From NCBI GenBank assembly GCA_014874255.1, contig JACWAN010000096.1:1-42675 (forward strand): a stretch of 42,675 nt of DNA. The letters run 5' to 3'. A program made the translations under genes and the position numbers. This stretch comes from Candidatus Woesearchaeota archaeon (GTDB taxonomy: Archaea; Nanobdellota; Nanobdellia; Woesearchaeales; UBA525). This document shows, piece after piece, positions 17,006 through 26,720 of this stretch. The notes beneath the pieces were generated by a model. It was given only the letters and a program-made list of their open reading frames with translations. It made no database searches and was not told the DNA's origin. The stretch's first letter is position 1. Each line of letters starts with the position of its first letter.

Positions 17006-18040
17006 TCATCCTTTGAGCCGTGTCGGCAGCAATCCGCACCCCTCGCATCCGGGCGGCGTCGTCCCGGCGAGCATCATCCTCGCCGCGCGCCTCATCTCCC
17101 CGGCAGGATCCTCCACCGTCGTCTTGTGCCTGATCTGGCAATAGGCCGCGCTGCCGTTGTAGTGGATGTAGGCCATCCTCGTCTGCTTGCACACGTTTCC
17201 CGCGTTGCTCAGGCCGGAGGCGGTGAAGATGACCGCCTTCACTCCGCGCGGCCGCGGCAGCACGAGCCGGTCGAGCGTCTCCTCCTTGAGGCCTGGGCCG
17301 TACCAGTTCGTGTAGTCGCCGTGCGCCGCGTCGCACGTCGCGAGCGGCGCGAACACCATGAAGTCCGGCTCGATCTCGCGGTCGAGGGCGAGGATCCGCT
17401 CCTCAAGATGCTGCCTGTCGCTCTTCCGGACGACGCCGGAGATGCCGATGAGCATCGTGCCGTCGCGCGCCTCCCGCGCCTCCCGCAATGCGCGGACGTT
17501 CTTGACGACGAGATCGTAGTCGAGCCCTCTCCGCATCCGTTCCATCTCCTCTGGCCGTGAAGCGTCGAGCGAGACGAGGTAGGCATCGAGCCCGCTTCCC
17601 AGCACTTCCTCGCGCCGCTCTTCGTCCAGGAGCGTGCCGTTCGAGACCGTGTAGGTGAAGATGCCTCTCCGTTTCGCTTCCTCGACGAACCGCGCGAATT
17701 GCGGATGGAGCAGCGGCTCTCCCTGTCCCTGGAGCTGGAGTGCGACGACGGAAGGATGGTCGTCGAGAGCTTTCCGGTAGGCGCTCTGGCTCATGTTGCC
17801 TGAGCGCGTGCCTGCGCGATGGAGCTCGCCCGGCCCCTTTCCCGCGTGCTGGAGGCAGTAGCCGCATCCGAGGTTGCAGAGCGAGGTGAGCTCTATCTGG
17901 AGGTATGCGGCCGGATCGCCGCGCGCCGCGTCGCCGAGCAGCGCGTTATACAGCCGGCCGGGGTGGCGAGCGATCGGGTGTTCCAATATCCTCGCTTTCA
18001 TCCCGAGCCGGGCGAGTCCCGTGATTGTCCTGATCCTCAT
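17006..18040 (-). CDS. Radical SAM protein with short C-terminal SPASM/twitch-like Cys motif
   Basis: ELTSLCNLGCGYC (CxxxCxxC), GQGEPLLHP, SNGTLL, VSLD; C-terminal C..YIHYNG..AYC...CEGC. Confidence 0.92.
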   Translation of the reverse strand: MRIRTITGLARLGMKARILEHPIARHPGRLYNALLGDAARGDPAAYLQIELTSLCNLGCGYCLQHAGKGPGELHRAGTRSGNMSQSAYRKALDDHPSVVALQLQGQGEPLLHPQFARFVEEAKRRGIFTYTVSNGTLLDEERREEVLGSGLDAYLVSLDASRPEEMERMRRGLDYDLVVKNVRALREAREARDGTMLIGISGVVRKSDRQHLEERILALDREIEPDFMVFAPLATCDAAHGDYTNWYGPGLKEETLDRLVLPRPRGVKAVIFTASGLSNAGNVCKQTRMAYIHYNGSAAYCQIRHKTTVEDPAGEMRRAARMMLAGTTPPGCEGCGLLPTRLKG

Positions 18041-18248
18041 GATCGTCTTCCTCGTCTGCTCTTCAACATATAACCACTTTCTAGTAGTATGTTCGTTTGA
18101 GTATTACTTCCTTTCTCTTGTATTTTCTCGTATTATGTCAAAAAGACGAGATTCTTTGATGATATCGACAAAAATAGGCTTGAGAATCAAGGGTGTTGCG
18201 TAGTGCGAGAAGAAGCAGAAAAACCGTTTCCGGATCGACGCGATTCTT

Positions 18249-18503
18249 TCAGCACGCGTTGAGCAGCAGGAGGCTTCCGACCGCGACGGCACCCAAGGCG
18301 TAGCGGGGATGGCTCTTCGCCGTTTCGTACGCCCTCGCAGCGAGGTCCCGTGTGCCTGACGCGAGCAGCCGCAGCCCGTGCGAGGCGGTGACAGGCAGGG
18401 ATATCCCGTTCTCGGTCCGTTGCCCGCCGACGGGTCCGCTCCGTGCATTCCCTGAATACGCATCCCCTACTGATCCGTCCAGCGACTCATATCCTTGTGT
18501 CAT
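18249..18503 (-). CDS. 84-aa protein with a single C-terminal hydrophobic helix (tail-anchored)
   Basis: GGAGATGAG SD-like sequence upstream; polar N-terminus, then HPRYALGAVAVGSLLLLNAC. Confidence 0.55.
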   Translation of the reverse strand: MTQGYESLDGSVGDAYSGNARSGPVGGQRTENGISLPVTASHGLRLLASGTRDLAARAYETAKSHPRYALGAVAVGSLLLLNAC

Positions 18504-18643
18504 GTTCTCATCTCCACATCATATGTTCCCGTCTGTTTTGTCTGTTTTCCGGAGGTGTTCTTTTTTACATAGATAATACTTATGACTGTGAAATATACAT
18601 TAATATCAGAAAACTTAAAAATATTGATATGTTTCAACATAAA

Positions 18644-19600
18644 ATGTCCATCGATTTGCTTGACCGGAAGATCCTCTACGAGCTCGACCGGAACTGCCGC
18701 GCGACGCACGCACAGATCGCGAAAGCCGTGAAGAGCGGCCGCAACGTCGTCGCCTACCGCATCCGGAAGCTCGAGGAGCAAGGCATCATCCGCGGCTACT
18801 TCGCCGAGATCAACAACCACGCGCTCGGCCTCACCGGCTTCCGCGCCTTCTTCCGTTTCGCCCATCACGACCCTGCCCGGATCGCGGCGTTCTTCGGGGA
18901 AGCGCTCAAGGACCCCCGTGTCGCGTGGTGCTTCTCGGTCAAGGGACAATGGGACGCGGACATCGTCTACTGGGCGAAGAGCCGCTTCGAGTTCTACCGC
19001 CTCCTCGCAGGCCTCAAGACCGCGTTCAGCGATCTCCTCGCCGAGGAACGCGTCGCGGTCATCGTCGACATCTGGCACTTCCCCAAGCGCTACCTCGTCG
19101 GCGACAAGCGAGACAACCACTACCTCTTCAGCGAGACCGACGCGACCGTGACGCCGGAAGAAGGGGCAATCCTCCGAGCGCTCGCCTTCGACAGCCGCAA
19201 GGACATCCTCCGCCTCAGCCGCGAGACGGACCTGAGCGTCAACACCGCGAAGAAATATCTCGCCTCGCTCCTCAAGAAGAAGGTGATCCTCGCCTTCCGC
19301 CCCTTCATCGACATCGCCGCCCTCGGCTACCGGTATTCGCGGCTCCACCTCACGCTCCGCGATCACACCGAGGAGCAGCGGCGCAGCATCCTCACCTTCC
19401 TCTCCCTGGACCCCGACGTCGTCTATCTCGACTTCTACATCAACGGCGCCGACGTCGAGATCGAGTATCACGTGCCTTCGGAGGACGCGCTCGACGCGAA
19501 GATCGACGTGCTCCTCTCGCGCTTCGGCGCCGTCATCGCGGCCTACGAGACCGTCAAGTTCGAGAAGGAGCACGTCGTCCGCTACCTGCCAGGAGCATAG
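18644..19600 (+). CDS. Tandem (double HTH-RAM) Lrp/AsnC family regulator
   Basis: LDRKILYELDRNCR..IAK..VAYRIRKLEEQGII and a second HTH ILRALAFDSRK...KKVILAFRPFID. Probable leaderless start downstream of CTTAAAAATA at 18614-18623. Confidence 0.88.
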   Translation: MSIDLLDRKILYELDRNCRATHAQIAKAVKSGRNVVAYRIRKLEEQGIIRGYFAEINNHALGLTGFRAFFRFAHHDPARIAAFFGEALKDPRVAWCFSVKGQWDADIVYWAKSRFEFYRLLAGLKTAFSDLLAEERVAVIVDIWHFPKRYLVGDKRDNHYLFSETDATVTPEEGAILRALAFDSRKDILRLSRETDLSVNTAKKYLASLLKKKVILAFRPFIDIAALGYRYSRLHLTLRDHTEEQRRSILTFLSLDPDVVYLDFYINGADVEIEYHVPSEDALDAKIDVLLSRFGAVIAAYETVKFEKEHVVRYLPGA

Positions 19601-19604
19601 CGCC

Positions 19605-19769
19605 GGCTCTTCGGCAAATTCGCTTTGCGGTGTTGCCGGCTGCGACCCGTGTCGCTGTGTTCTTCGCGTCAGCGGAGCTCCCCGTAGGGGGCAACCCCCT
19701 CTCCTCCTTCGCTTCATTCTCTGCTACGGGTCGCCCTTTGGCCGGCAACACATCATTTGCCTAAGAGCC
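19605..19769 (-). mobile_element. MITE family B, copy B1 (165 bp)
   Basis: 15-bp TIR GGCTCTT(C/A)GGCAAAT; 9-bp TSD CATAGCGCC at 19596-19604 and 19770-19778. Confidence 0.92.
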
Positions 19770-19825
19770 CATAGCGCCGCAATCTTTATATTGCTCTCGG
19801 AATCCGCTCCGGACAGGTGGGGGCG

Positions 19826-21079
19826 ATGTACGGTCATCTCAAGGAAGCGGACCCGGCGGTCTACGCGATTATGCGGCGCGAGCTCGCCCGCCAGCGCGAA
19901 GGCGCAGAGCTGATCCCGAGCGAGAATCTCGTCTCTTTGCCGGTGCTGGAAGCGCTGGGCAGCGTCTTCACGAACAAGTACAGCGAGGGCTACCCGAAGA
20001 AGCGCTATTACGGCGGGAACGAGTTCATCGACCAGTCAGAGGAACTGGCGATCGAGCGCGCCAAGCAGCTCTTCGGGGCTGAGCACGTCAACGTCCAGCC
20101 CCTTTCCGGGAGCCCGGCGAACATGGCCGCGTACTTCGCGCTGATGGAGCGGGGCGACAAGCTCATGGGCTTGAAGCTCGACCACGGCGGCCACTTGACG
20201 CACGGTCACCCGGTCAACTTCAGCGGCAAGTACTACACGATCGTGCCGTACGAGGTCGACCCGACGACGGAACGTTTGAACTACGACGCGATCGAGGCGC
20301 TCGCGATGAAGGAACGGCCGAAGGTCCTCCTCGCAGGCTTCACCGCGTACCCGCGGGACATCGACTACAAACGTTTCCGGGAGATCGCGGACAGGTGCGG
20401 CGCGTACCTCATGGCGGACATCAGCCACACCGCCGGCCTCATCGCCGGCAAGCAGCTCATGAACCCGGTGCCGTACTGCGACGTCGTCACGACGACGACG
20501 CACAAGACCTTGCGGGGACCGCGCGGCGCGATGATCCTGTGCCGGCAGCAGCACGCGCAAGCGATCGACAAGGCGGTCTTCCCGGGTTTGCAGGGCGGGC
20601 CGCACGAGAACGTCATCGCCGCGAAAGCGGTAGCGTTCGCCGAGGCGCTCAAGCCCGAGTTCCAGGCGTATGCGAAACAAGTCATCGCGAACGCGAAAGC
20701 GCTCGGCGAAGCCCTGACGGCGAGAGGGGTCCGTCTCGTGACCGGCGGCACGGACACGCACCTGCTGCTCGCCGACGTCAGGCCGTTCAGGATCACCGGG
20801 AAAGCCGCCGAGTCGGCGCTCGACAAGGCGGGCATCTACGTCAACAAGAACACGATCCCTTACGACCCGGAGAAACCCTTTGTCACGTCCGGCATCCGGA
20901 TGGGCACTCCCACCTTGACGACGCGCGGGATGAAAGAAGGGGAGATGAAGGTCCTCGGCGGCCTGATCGTCGACGTCCTCGAGAACGCGGAGAACGGAGA
21001 GCGGCTCAAGGGCATCCGGGAACAAGTGCTCGCGCTCTGCAAGCGGTTCCCAATCTACTCCGAGATACAACTCAGTTGA
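19826..21079 (+). CDS. glyA: Serine hydroxymethyltransferase (bacterial type)
   Basis: ELIPSEN, NKYSEGYPKKRYYGG, GGHLTHG, TTTTHKTLRGPRG PLP-lysine motif; AGGTGG SD. Confidence 0.97.
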   Translation: MYGHLKEADPAVYAIMRRELARQREGAELIPSENLVSLPVLEALGSVFTNKYSEGYPKKRYYGGNEFIDQSEELAIERAKQLFGAEHVNVQPLSGSPANMAAYFALMERGDKLMGLKLDHGGHLTHGHPVNFSGKYYTIVPYEVDPTTERLNYDAIEALAMKERPKVLLAGFTAYPRDIDYKRFREIADRCGAYLMADISHTAGLIAGKQLMNPVPYCDVVTTTTHKTLRGPRGAMILCRQQHAQAIDKAVFPGLQGGPHENVIAAKAVAFAEALKPEFQAYAKQVIANAKALGEALTARGVRLVTGGTDTHLLLADVRPFRITGKAAESALDKAGIYVNKNTIPYDPEKPFVTSGIRMGTPTLTTRGMKEGEMKVLGGLIVDVLENAENGERLKGIREQVLALCKRFPIYSEIQLS

Positions 21080-21270
21080 ATGATCAATGCTCCAGAACCG
21101 AAATTCCCAGACTAAAAAGAACCAATACCGAAAAAAAAGAACAATCCGAAACGTAGAACACGAAAATCATTTATTATTACTGATACTCATTATTACTAAT
21201 ATTTTATCATCACCATCATCATTTGATTCATTATCACGAACGTCCACATGACTGACTCCAGGGAACGACG

Positions 21271-22860
21271 ATGAAGCCGCAGAACCAGGACGAGTACACC
21301 GCCGGCGAGCGCGCCATCCTCGCGAAGCACGTCACAGCCATTGACGGCAATGTCTACTGCGTCAAGAACCTCCCGGAAGAAGTGGTCGCCGTCCTCTTCG
21401 CGTACGTCAGCAGGAGCCCGTTGAGCTTCCGCCGCAACCTCCTCAAGCTGATCGGCGAGGGCGAGCTCTACGTCAGGAACGTCACGGACGTCTACGGCGA
21501 GGACGACGCCGGCTACGCGTCCGCGAAAGAGAAGGCGATGAAGTTCCACGACAAATGGGTCGTCGGGTACGGCCACGGCTCGGTCGCGGAGCACGCGGAC
21601 ATCAAGTTCGCCCTCGAGGACGTCTCGATACTCTTCACGAAGGTCCTGGAGGACAACCGGCTCGGCCGCTACACGGAGAAATCGACGCGCTATGTCGAGT
21701 TCGACAAGCAGCATTATCACCGGCCGCACGCGCTCCTCGACGACCCCGTTCTCGGAAAACTCTACGTCGAGGCGTGCGACGCGCTCTTCGACCTGTACGA
21801 GGCGCTCCTCCCGAAGGTGCGCGATTACGTCCGCAGCCGATGGCCCCGCCCCGCGGAGATGCCGGAGCGGCCGTACGAGGCTTCCGTCAACGCGAAGGCG
21901 TTCGACGTCGTCCGCTACGTCTTACCGGCGTCGACGTACACGATGCTCGGCTGCTCGATGAACGCGCGCGTCGCGGAGCACGCGATCACGAAGCTGCTGA
22001 GCCACCCGCTCGAAGAAGTGCGGCTGGTCGGCGAGCGGATGCTCGCAGAAGGCCGCAAGATATGCCCGACGCTGCTGAAGCACGCCGCGCAGAGCGAGTA
22101 CCACACGGAGACGCGCATCGTCATGGACGCCCTCACGAAGAAGCTCCTCACGGGCACGGCGCCGAAGAACGGGAAGCCCGTCACGATCGTCCACTTCGAC
22201 CCGGAAGCCGAAGAGAAACTGATCGCGGCGATGCTCTACGAGCAGACCGAGATGTCGTACGCGGAATTAGTAATCAAAGTAAAAGGACTCGACCAGGAAC
22301 AGAGAAAATCCGTCATCCAATCCTACGTTGCGAAGAAAGGGAAGTTTGATTGGCCGCAGCGCGCGCTCGAGTCCGTCACGTTCACCGTCGACATCCTCAT
22401 GGACTACGGCGCGTTCCGCGACCTGCAGCGTCACCGGATGAACACGCAGCTCAACCAGCGCGTCACGACCGCTCACGGCTACGAGGTCCCGCAGGAGATC
22501 GCGGACGCCGGCCTCGAGAACGAGTTCGCCGTCGGGATGGAGCGCGCGCGGAAGGCGTACGAGACGATCGCGAAGACGCATCCGTTCGAGGCGCAGTACG
22601 TCGTCCCGCTCGCGTACCGGAAACGGACGCTCTTCGTCCTCAACCTGCGGAACCTAGAGCACATCGTCCGCCTGCGTTCGACGCCGCAGGGCCACATCTC
22701 CTACCGGCGGATCGCCCATCAGCTCTATGATGAAGTGGCCGCGCGGAGCCCGCTCCTCGCCTCGCTCCTCACCGTCGACAAGACGGAGCACTACCTCGGC
22801 CGCCTCGACGCGGAGCTCGCTACCGAGAAGAGACGGGAAGCGCTCGAGAAAAGGCAATAA
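21271..22860 (+). CDS. thyX: Flavin-dependent thymidylate synthase, two-domain long form
   Basis: GHGSVAEH, NRLGRYTEKSTRY and RYVLP in domain 1; YGAFRDLQRHR, QYVVPLAY and LRS..QGH.SYR in domain 2. Confidence 0.9.
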   Translation: MKPQNQDEYTAGERAILAKHVTAIDGNVYCVKNLPEEVVAVLFAYVSRSPLSFRRNLLKLIGEGELYVRNVTDVYGEDDAGYASAKEKAMKFHDKWVVGYGHGSVAEHADIKFALEDVSILFTKVLEDNRLGRYTEKSTRYVEFDKQHYHRPHALLDDPVLGKLYVEACDALFDLYEALLPKVRDYVRSRWPRPAEMPERPYEASVNAKAFDVVRYVLPASTYTMLGCSMNARVAEHAITKLLSHPLEEVRLVGERMLAEGRKICPTLLKHAAQSEYHTETRIVMDALTKKLLTGTAPKNGKPVTIVHFDPEAEEKLIAAMLYEQTEMSYAELVIKVKGLDQEQRKSVIQSYVAKKGKFDWPQRALESVTFTVDILMDYGAFRDLQRHRMNTQLNQRVTTAHGYEVPQEIADAGLENEFAVGMERARKAYETIAKTHPFEAQYVVPLAYRKRTLFVLNLRNLEHIVRLRSTPQGHISYRRIAHQLYDEVAARSPLLASLLTVDKTEHYLGRLDAELATEKRREALEKRQ

Positions 22861-22978
22861 AATATAAATCAGGAGATTCTCGTCCCGCCTACCCATAACC
22901 GCGTCTCATCACTGAACGGCATCTCCCTGATGTGCTCTCTCCGAGAAAAAGAGGAATATTTCCGAATAACTCGGAAGA

Positions 22979-23605
22979 CTACTTCTTCCTGACATACATC
23001 CCGACGCCGATGATGAGCAGCACGAGCACCGCTCCCCCGAGGAAGAAGAGGAGCGCGTCGTTCGGGATGAGCGGACCTGCGCTGTTGACGGCGGCTGTGG
23101 GCGCGGCCATCGGCGCCGCGAATGCCGCCGCCTTGGGCGCGGCCTCTGCCGTGAGCGTCGGAGCCGCCTCTCCCGCCATCATCAATCGCGGTAGCTGCGC
23201 GGGCGTGAGGAGGTCGCTCGCGATCTTGAGGATGATGGCCGCCGCCGCGGTGATGAGCGCCGCGGGGAGCAGCCCTTTCAGCTTGTGGAGAAAAGACTCT
23301 TTCTCCTCTTCCGGCGCGATGATGATGTACTTGTTCGCGAGCCGGTAGTGCAGTACCTCTTTCCCCTTCTCGCTGTAGTGGTACTCGTCCGCGACGACCA
23401 GCTTGGCGTCGACGAGCTGCTTCAGGTTGTAGTGGACCGTGCTCAACGGGAGGCCTAAAGCCCTCGCGATCTCGGTCTCCGTGCCGTCCTTGCCGCCGCT
23501 GAAGTGCTTGAGCAGCTTCGTGCACGTCTCGTTGCTGATGACCTGCGCGAGCTTCTTCGCTTTCTCCTCGTTGAGGGAGACCAGCATGAAGGGTTCGTCC
23601 GCCAT
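22979..23605 (-). CDS. ArsR-like winged-HTH regulator with two C-terminal TM helices
   Basis: LAQVISNETC..LL..TETEIARALGLPLSTVHYNLKQL..YSEKGKEV..Y; TM, Ala/Pro-rich linker, TM, then RKK. Confidence 0.85.
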   Translation of the reverse strand: MADEPFMLVSLNEEKAKKLAQVISNETCTKLLKHFSGGKDGTETEIARALGLPLSTVHYNLKQLVDAKLVVADEYHYSEKGKEVLHYRLANKYIIIAPEEEKESFLHKLKGLLPAALITAAAAIILKIASDLLTPAQLPRLMMAGEAAPTLTAEAAPKAAAFAAPMAAPTAAVNSAGPLIPNDALLFFLGGAVLVLLIIGVGMYVRKK

Positions 23606-23708
23606 GCCGCCGGAGAAGCGCAGGTGATATTTAAAGCGGTCGATGGGTGCGGACCTGCTTGAAGCCTTGCCGCAAGACATTTAATCGCGGAGCCGTTCCC
23701 CTTCTCCG

Positions 23709-24317
23709 ATGATAACGCTGTCGACGCCTCCTTCGGTGCTGCGCGACAACCGCTTCAACGAGGATGGCCTCGCTGAGACTGAGCAGGGGCTGCTCGTCCC
23801 GGCCTACATAGGGAGCCAGCTCGGCTTCAACGTGCCTGGTCGGTTCTTCTTGGAGAAGGAGTTCCATCCCCGGCTCCGCGCGGCAGGCGTGCTGCCCCTC
23901 TGCCCGTTCACGGCCTGCGCCGAGTACCTCGACGCCGGGCAGCGCGCGCGGGCGAAGACGTTCGCCGAGGCGTATGAGTTCTGGGACGCCTTCAACCACC
24001 TCATCGGCCCGGTCAATTACGGGATGCTGATGCCGCGCGCCAAGTTCATGATCGCAATCCTCGACGGCGGCCACGTGGTGGACGATGGCGTCGCGGCGGA
24101 GATCGGCTACTTCGCCGTCAAGCAGGGCTCGGCGTTCGGCATCCGGAGCGATTTCCGTCTCAGCGAGAACCTCGCGTCTTCGGTCAACGCGGCGGTACGC
24201 AACTTCCTCGACTATGATCCCCAATATCACGGACGCTATTTCGTCGGCGACGACGCGTACGACGAGGCGTTCGTCGGGATCGCGGATCTCTCCCGTCGCC
24301 TGCGCAACGCCGCGTAG
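23709..24317 (+). CDS. Nucleoside 2-deoxyribosyltransferase/DNPH1-like protein
   Basis: AYIGSQLGF, AILDG..VDDGVAAEIGY (catalytic Glu motif), GIRSDFR. Confidence 0.8.
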   Translation: MITLSTPPSVLRDNRFNEDGLAETEQGLLVPAYIGSQLGFNVPGRFFLEKEFHPRLRAAGVLPLCPFTACAEYLDAGQRARAKTFAEAYEFWDAFNHLIGPVNYGMLMPRAKFMIAILDGGHVVDDGVAAEIGYFAVKQGSAFGIRSDFRLSENLASSVNAAVRNFLDYDPQYHGRYFVGDDAYDEAFVGIADLSRRLRNAA

Positions 24318-24343
24318 CGGTCCCTAGATGGAGCGTTGTTCTT

Positions 24344-25450
24344 CTACTTCCGCATCTTGCGGTGCATGGCGAGGCTGAACGCGAGGAGCAGGAGGATGAC
24401 GCCCACGACGAAGACGGAGAGCTCGATGAGGCTCCGTGCCGACGTGCCGGGGAGCTGCTGCTTAATCCGCGCGGTGAGCATCTCCTGCTTCGCGTCCGTG
24501 TTCGACTTGATGGTGAGGACGAAGCCGTGCTCGCCGGTGGCCCCTTTGTCCGCGTAGATGGTGAGGATGCCCTGCTGCGAGCCGCCCGCCGGGACGACGA
24601 TCAGCGAACGCGGCTTGATCTCGTAGCTGCCCCAGCCGTCCGTGCCCTGCACGCTGAGCACGTAGGCCTGGCTCTCCTGCTCGTTGTTCTGGATCGTGAA
24701 GGGGTAGTCGCCCCCGTTCACCGGGTCGATGTCCTGGATGTTGAGGATATTGACGATGGATTTGCCCGCGGTGGGCGACTCGGCGGCGCACAGCCCCGAC
24801 TGCGCAGTCCCCATCTTCGTCGGGATGTAGAACGACTCCTGCACCCCCGGAGATTTCGGCCAGTCGACGTAGAACACCACGTCGTACTCGCTCTTCGGGA
24901 CGCACGCGGGCAGCCGGAGGAAGAACTGCTCGTGCACCTGGTCGCCGCTCTTGATGACGTCGAGGTACTGCTTCTGCTCCAGCCCCAGCTCGGGCACCTG
25001 GACCGTGAACTCGAGGTTGCGGAGGTCGTACGAGCGGTAGTTGGTCAGCGTGGCTGTGACGGTGAACGCCCGCCCTTCCAGCACGACGGGCGGGTCGATC
25101 GCGATGCTGTCCACGACGAGGTCGCATGCGTCGCCCAGGCCGTTGTGGTTCTGGTCCGCCTGGTCCGGGTTCGCGACGCCGACGCAGTTGTCCACGATGT
25201 CCGGCACCTTGTCGCAGTCCAGGTCGGCGAGGAGCGCGCCTTTCGCGTCGGCGATGTAGCACCCGCCGAAGGTCTGCTGCGGCGCGAAGGGCGGCGTGGC
25301 GTGGCTCTTGTTGTTCAGGACGTAGTCTTGCTGCCAGCTCGGCACGGTGTCGCCGCCGTATGGGCCGTAGTAGTCGCTGTAGACTGCCGCGGCGACGGGC
25401 GCTGCCGCTACGATGAGCAGGACGATGACCGCGAGGAGCGTGCGCATCAC
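24344..25450 (-). CDS. Secreted, membrane-anchored surface protein with thrombospondin type 3 repeats and Ig-like (CARDB-like) domains
   Basis: Signal peptide; DLDCDKVPDIVDNCVGVANPDQADQNHNGLGDACD; beta-rich domains; C-terminal TM and basic tail. Confidence 0.85.
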   Translation of the reverse strand: MMRTLLAVIVLLIVAAAPVAAAVYSDYYGPYGGDTVPSWQQDYVLNNKSHATPPFAPQQTFGGCYIADAKGALLADLDCDKVPDIVDNCVGVANPDQADQNHNGLGDACDLVVDSIAIDPPVVLEGRAFTVTATLTNYRSYDLRNLEFTVQVPELGLEQKQYLDVIKSGDQVHEQFFLRLPACVPKSEYDVVFYVDWPKSPGVQESFYIPTKMGTAQSGLCAAESPTAGKSIVNILNIQDIDPVNGGDYPFTIQNNEQESQAYVLSVQGTDGWGSYEIKPRSLIVVPAGGSQQGILTIYADKGATGEHGFVLTIKSNTDAKQEMLTARIKQQLPGTSARSLIELSVFVVGVILLLLAFSLAMHRKMRK

Positions 25451-25594
25451 CTTCCTGATTAAAGGGCTAGTATTTAAAAACTTTTCTAATAAATAGTCAC
25501 TTTAGAGTGGTATATAACTTACTCCTTCCTCTCCTCTCGTGCCCTCCAGCCCCCTGAGGGAATCCTTTTAAATGACGCTTCCTCCCTGCCGTGC

Positions 25595-26503
25595 ATGAGG
25601 ATCCTCATCACCGGCGGCGCGGGCTTCATCGGCTCGAATCTGGCGGAGCACCTCCTCGCGAAAGGGCATGCCGTCACAGCGTTCGACAATCTGAGTTCCG
25701 GGAAGAAGGAGAACCTCCCTCCCGGAGCCGTGCTCATCAAGGGCGACGTCAGGGACACGAACGCGGTCGCGAACGCGATGGCGGGCCAGGACGCGGTCGT
25801 CCACCTGGCGGCGGAGGTCTTCGTCGCCAAGACGATCGAGGACCCTGCGCTCGCAGAGCAGGTGAACGTCCTCGGCACGATCAACGTCCTCCAGGCGGCC
25901 AGACAAGCGGGCGTCAAGAAGGCCGTCCTCGCTTCCAGCGCCGCCATCTACGGGGACGAACCGACCGTGCCGACGACGGAATCGGAACGGCCACGGCCGA
26001 TGAGCCCGTACGCGATCACGAAGCTTGCGATGGAGGACTACGCCGTGTTCTACGCATCCAACGGTTTGCCGACGTGCTGCCTCCGGTTCTTCAACGTCTA
26101 CGGGCCGAAGCAGGACCCGAAGAGCCAGTACTCGGCCGCGATCCCCGCGTTCATCACGCGCAGCCTGGAAGGCGAGCCGCTCACCGTCTACGGCGACGGC
26201 CTCCAGACGCGCGATTTCATCTCCGTCGGCGACGTCTGCCGCGCCGTCGAGCTTGCCTTGACGAAAGGGAGCGGCACGTGCAACGTCGCCACCGGGAAGA
26301 GCGTCACGGTCAAGGCGCTCGCCGGGATGATCGTCAGGCTCACCGGGAGCAAGAGCGCGATCGTCCACGCCCCCGCGCGCGCCGGCGACCCGCGGACGAG
26401 CCTCGCCGACGTCACAAAGGCGAAGAAACAGCTTGGTTTCGTCGCGGCGACGAGCCTCGAGGAAGGGCTGAAGAAGACGGTCGCGTCCTACAAGAAGCGT
26501 TGA
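25595..26503 (+). CDS. NAD-dependent epimerase (UDP-glucose/GlcNAc 4-epimerase-like)
   Basis: ITGGAGFIGS, ASSAAIYG, SPYAITK (YxxxK), RFFNVYGP, GDGLQTRDFI. Confidence 0.93.
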   Translation: MRILITGGAGFIGSNLAEHLLAKGHAVTAFDNLSSGKKENLPPGAVLIKGDVRDTNAVANAMAGQDAVVHLAAEVFVAKTIEDPALAEQVNVLGTINVLQAARQAGVKKAVLASSAAIYGDEPTVPTTESERPRPMSPYAITKLAMEDYAVFYASNGLPTCCLRFFNVYGPKQDPKSQYSAAIPAFITRSLEGEPLTVYGDGLQTRDFISVGDVCRAVELALTKGSGTCNVATGKSVTVKALAGMIVRLTGSKSAIVHAPARAGDPRTSLADVTKAKKQLGFVAATSLEEGLKKTVASYKKR

Positions 26504-26552
26504 GCCGCTGTTCGTCTTGGGTCTTCGCTCTTTTCTTTTTTTCTTATTCGTC

Positions 26553-26720
26553 GGCTCTTAGGCAAATGAGGTGTTGCCGGCCAAAGGGCGACCTGTAGCG
26601 ATAAGAAGAAGCGGAGAGTTGAGGGGGATGCCCCATCCGGGGCTTCAACGATGCAGCGAAGAACGCAGCGACACGGGTCGCAGCCGGCAACACCGTCGAA
26701 GGCGAATTTGCCTAAGAGCC
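26553..26720 (+). mobile_element. MITE family B, copy B2 (168 bp)
   Basis: Perfect 15-bp TIR GGCTCTTAGGCAAAT; 9-bp TSD TTATTCGTC at 26544-26552 and 26721-26729. Confidence 0.93.

Noticed and set aside
18249-18300. Lipobox LLLNAC followed by TGA as readthrough or selenocysteine recoding
   Set aside because: The frame beyond TGA gives only about 36 unconvincing residues, and TGA is a normal stop in many genes here.
22261-22330. AT-richer patch inside thyX
   Set aside because: Short, in frame, with no boundary repeats; could be ordinary codon variation.
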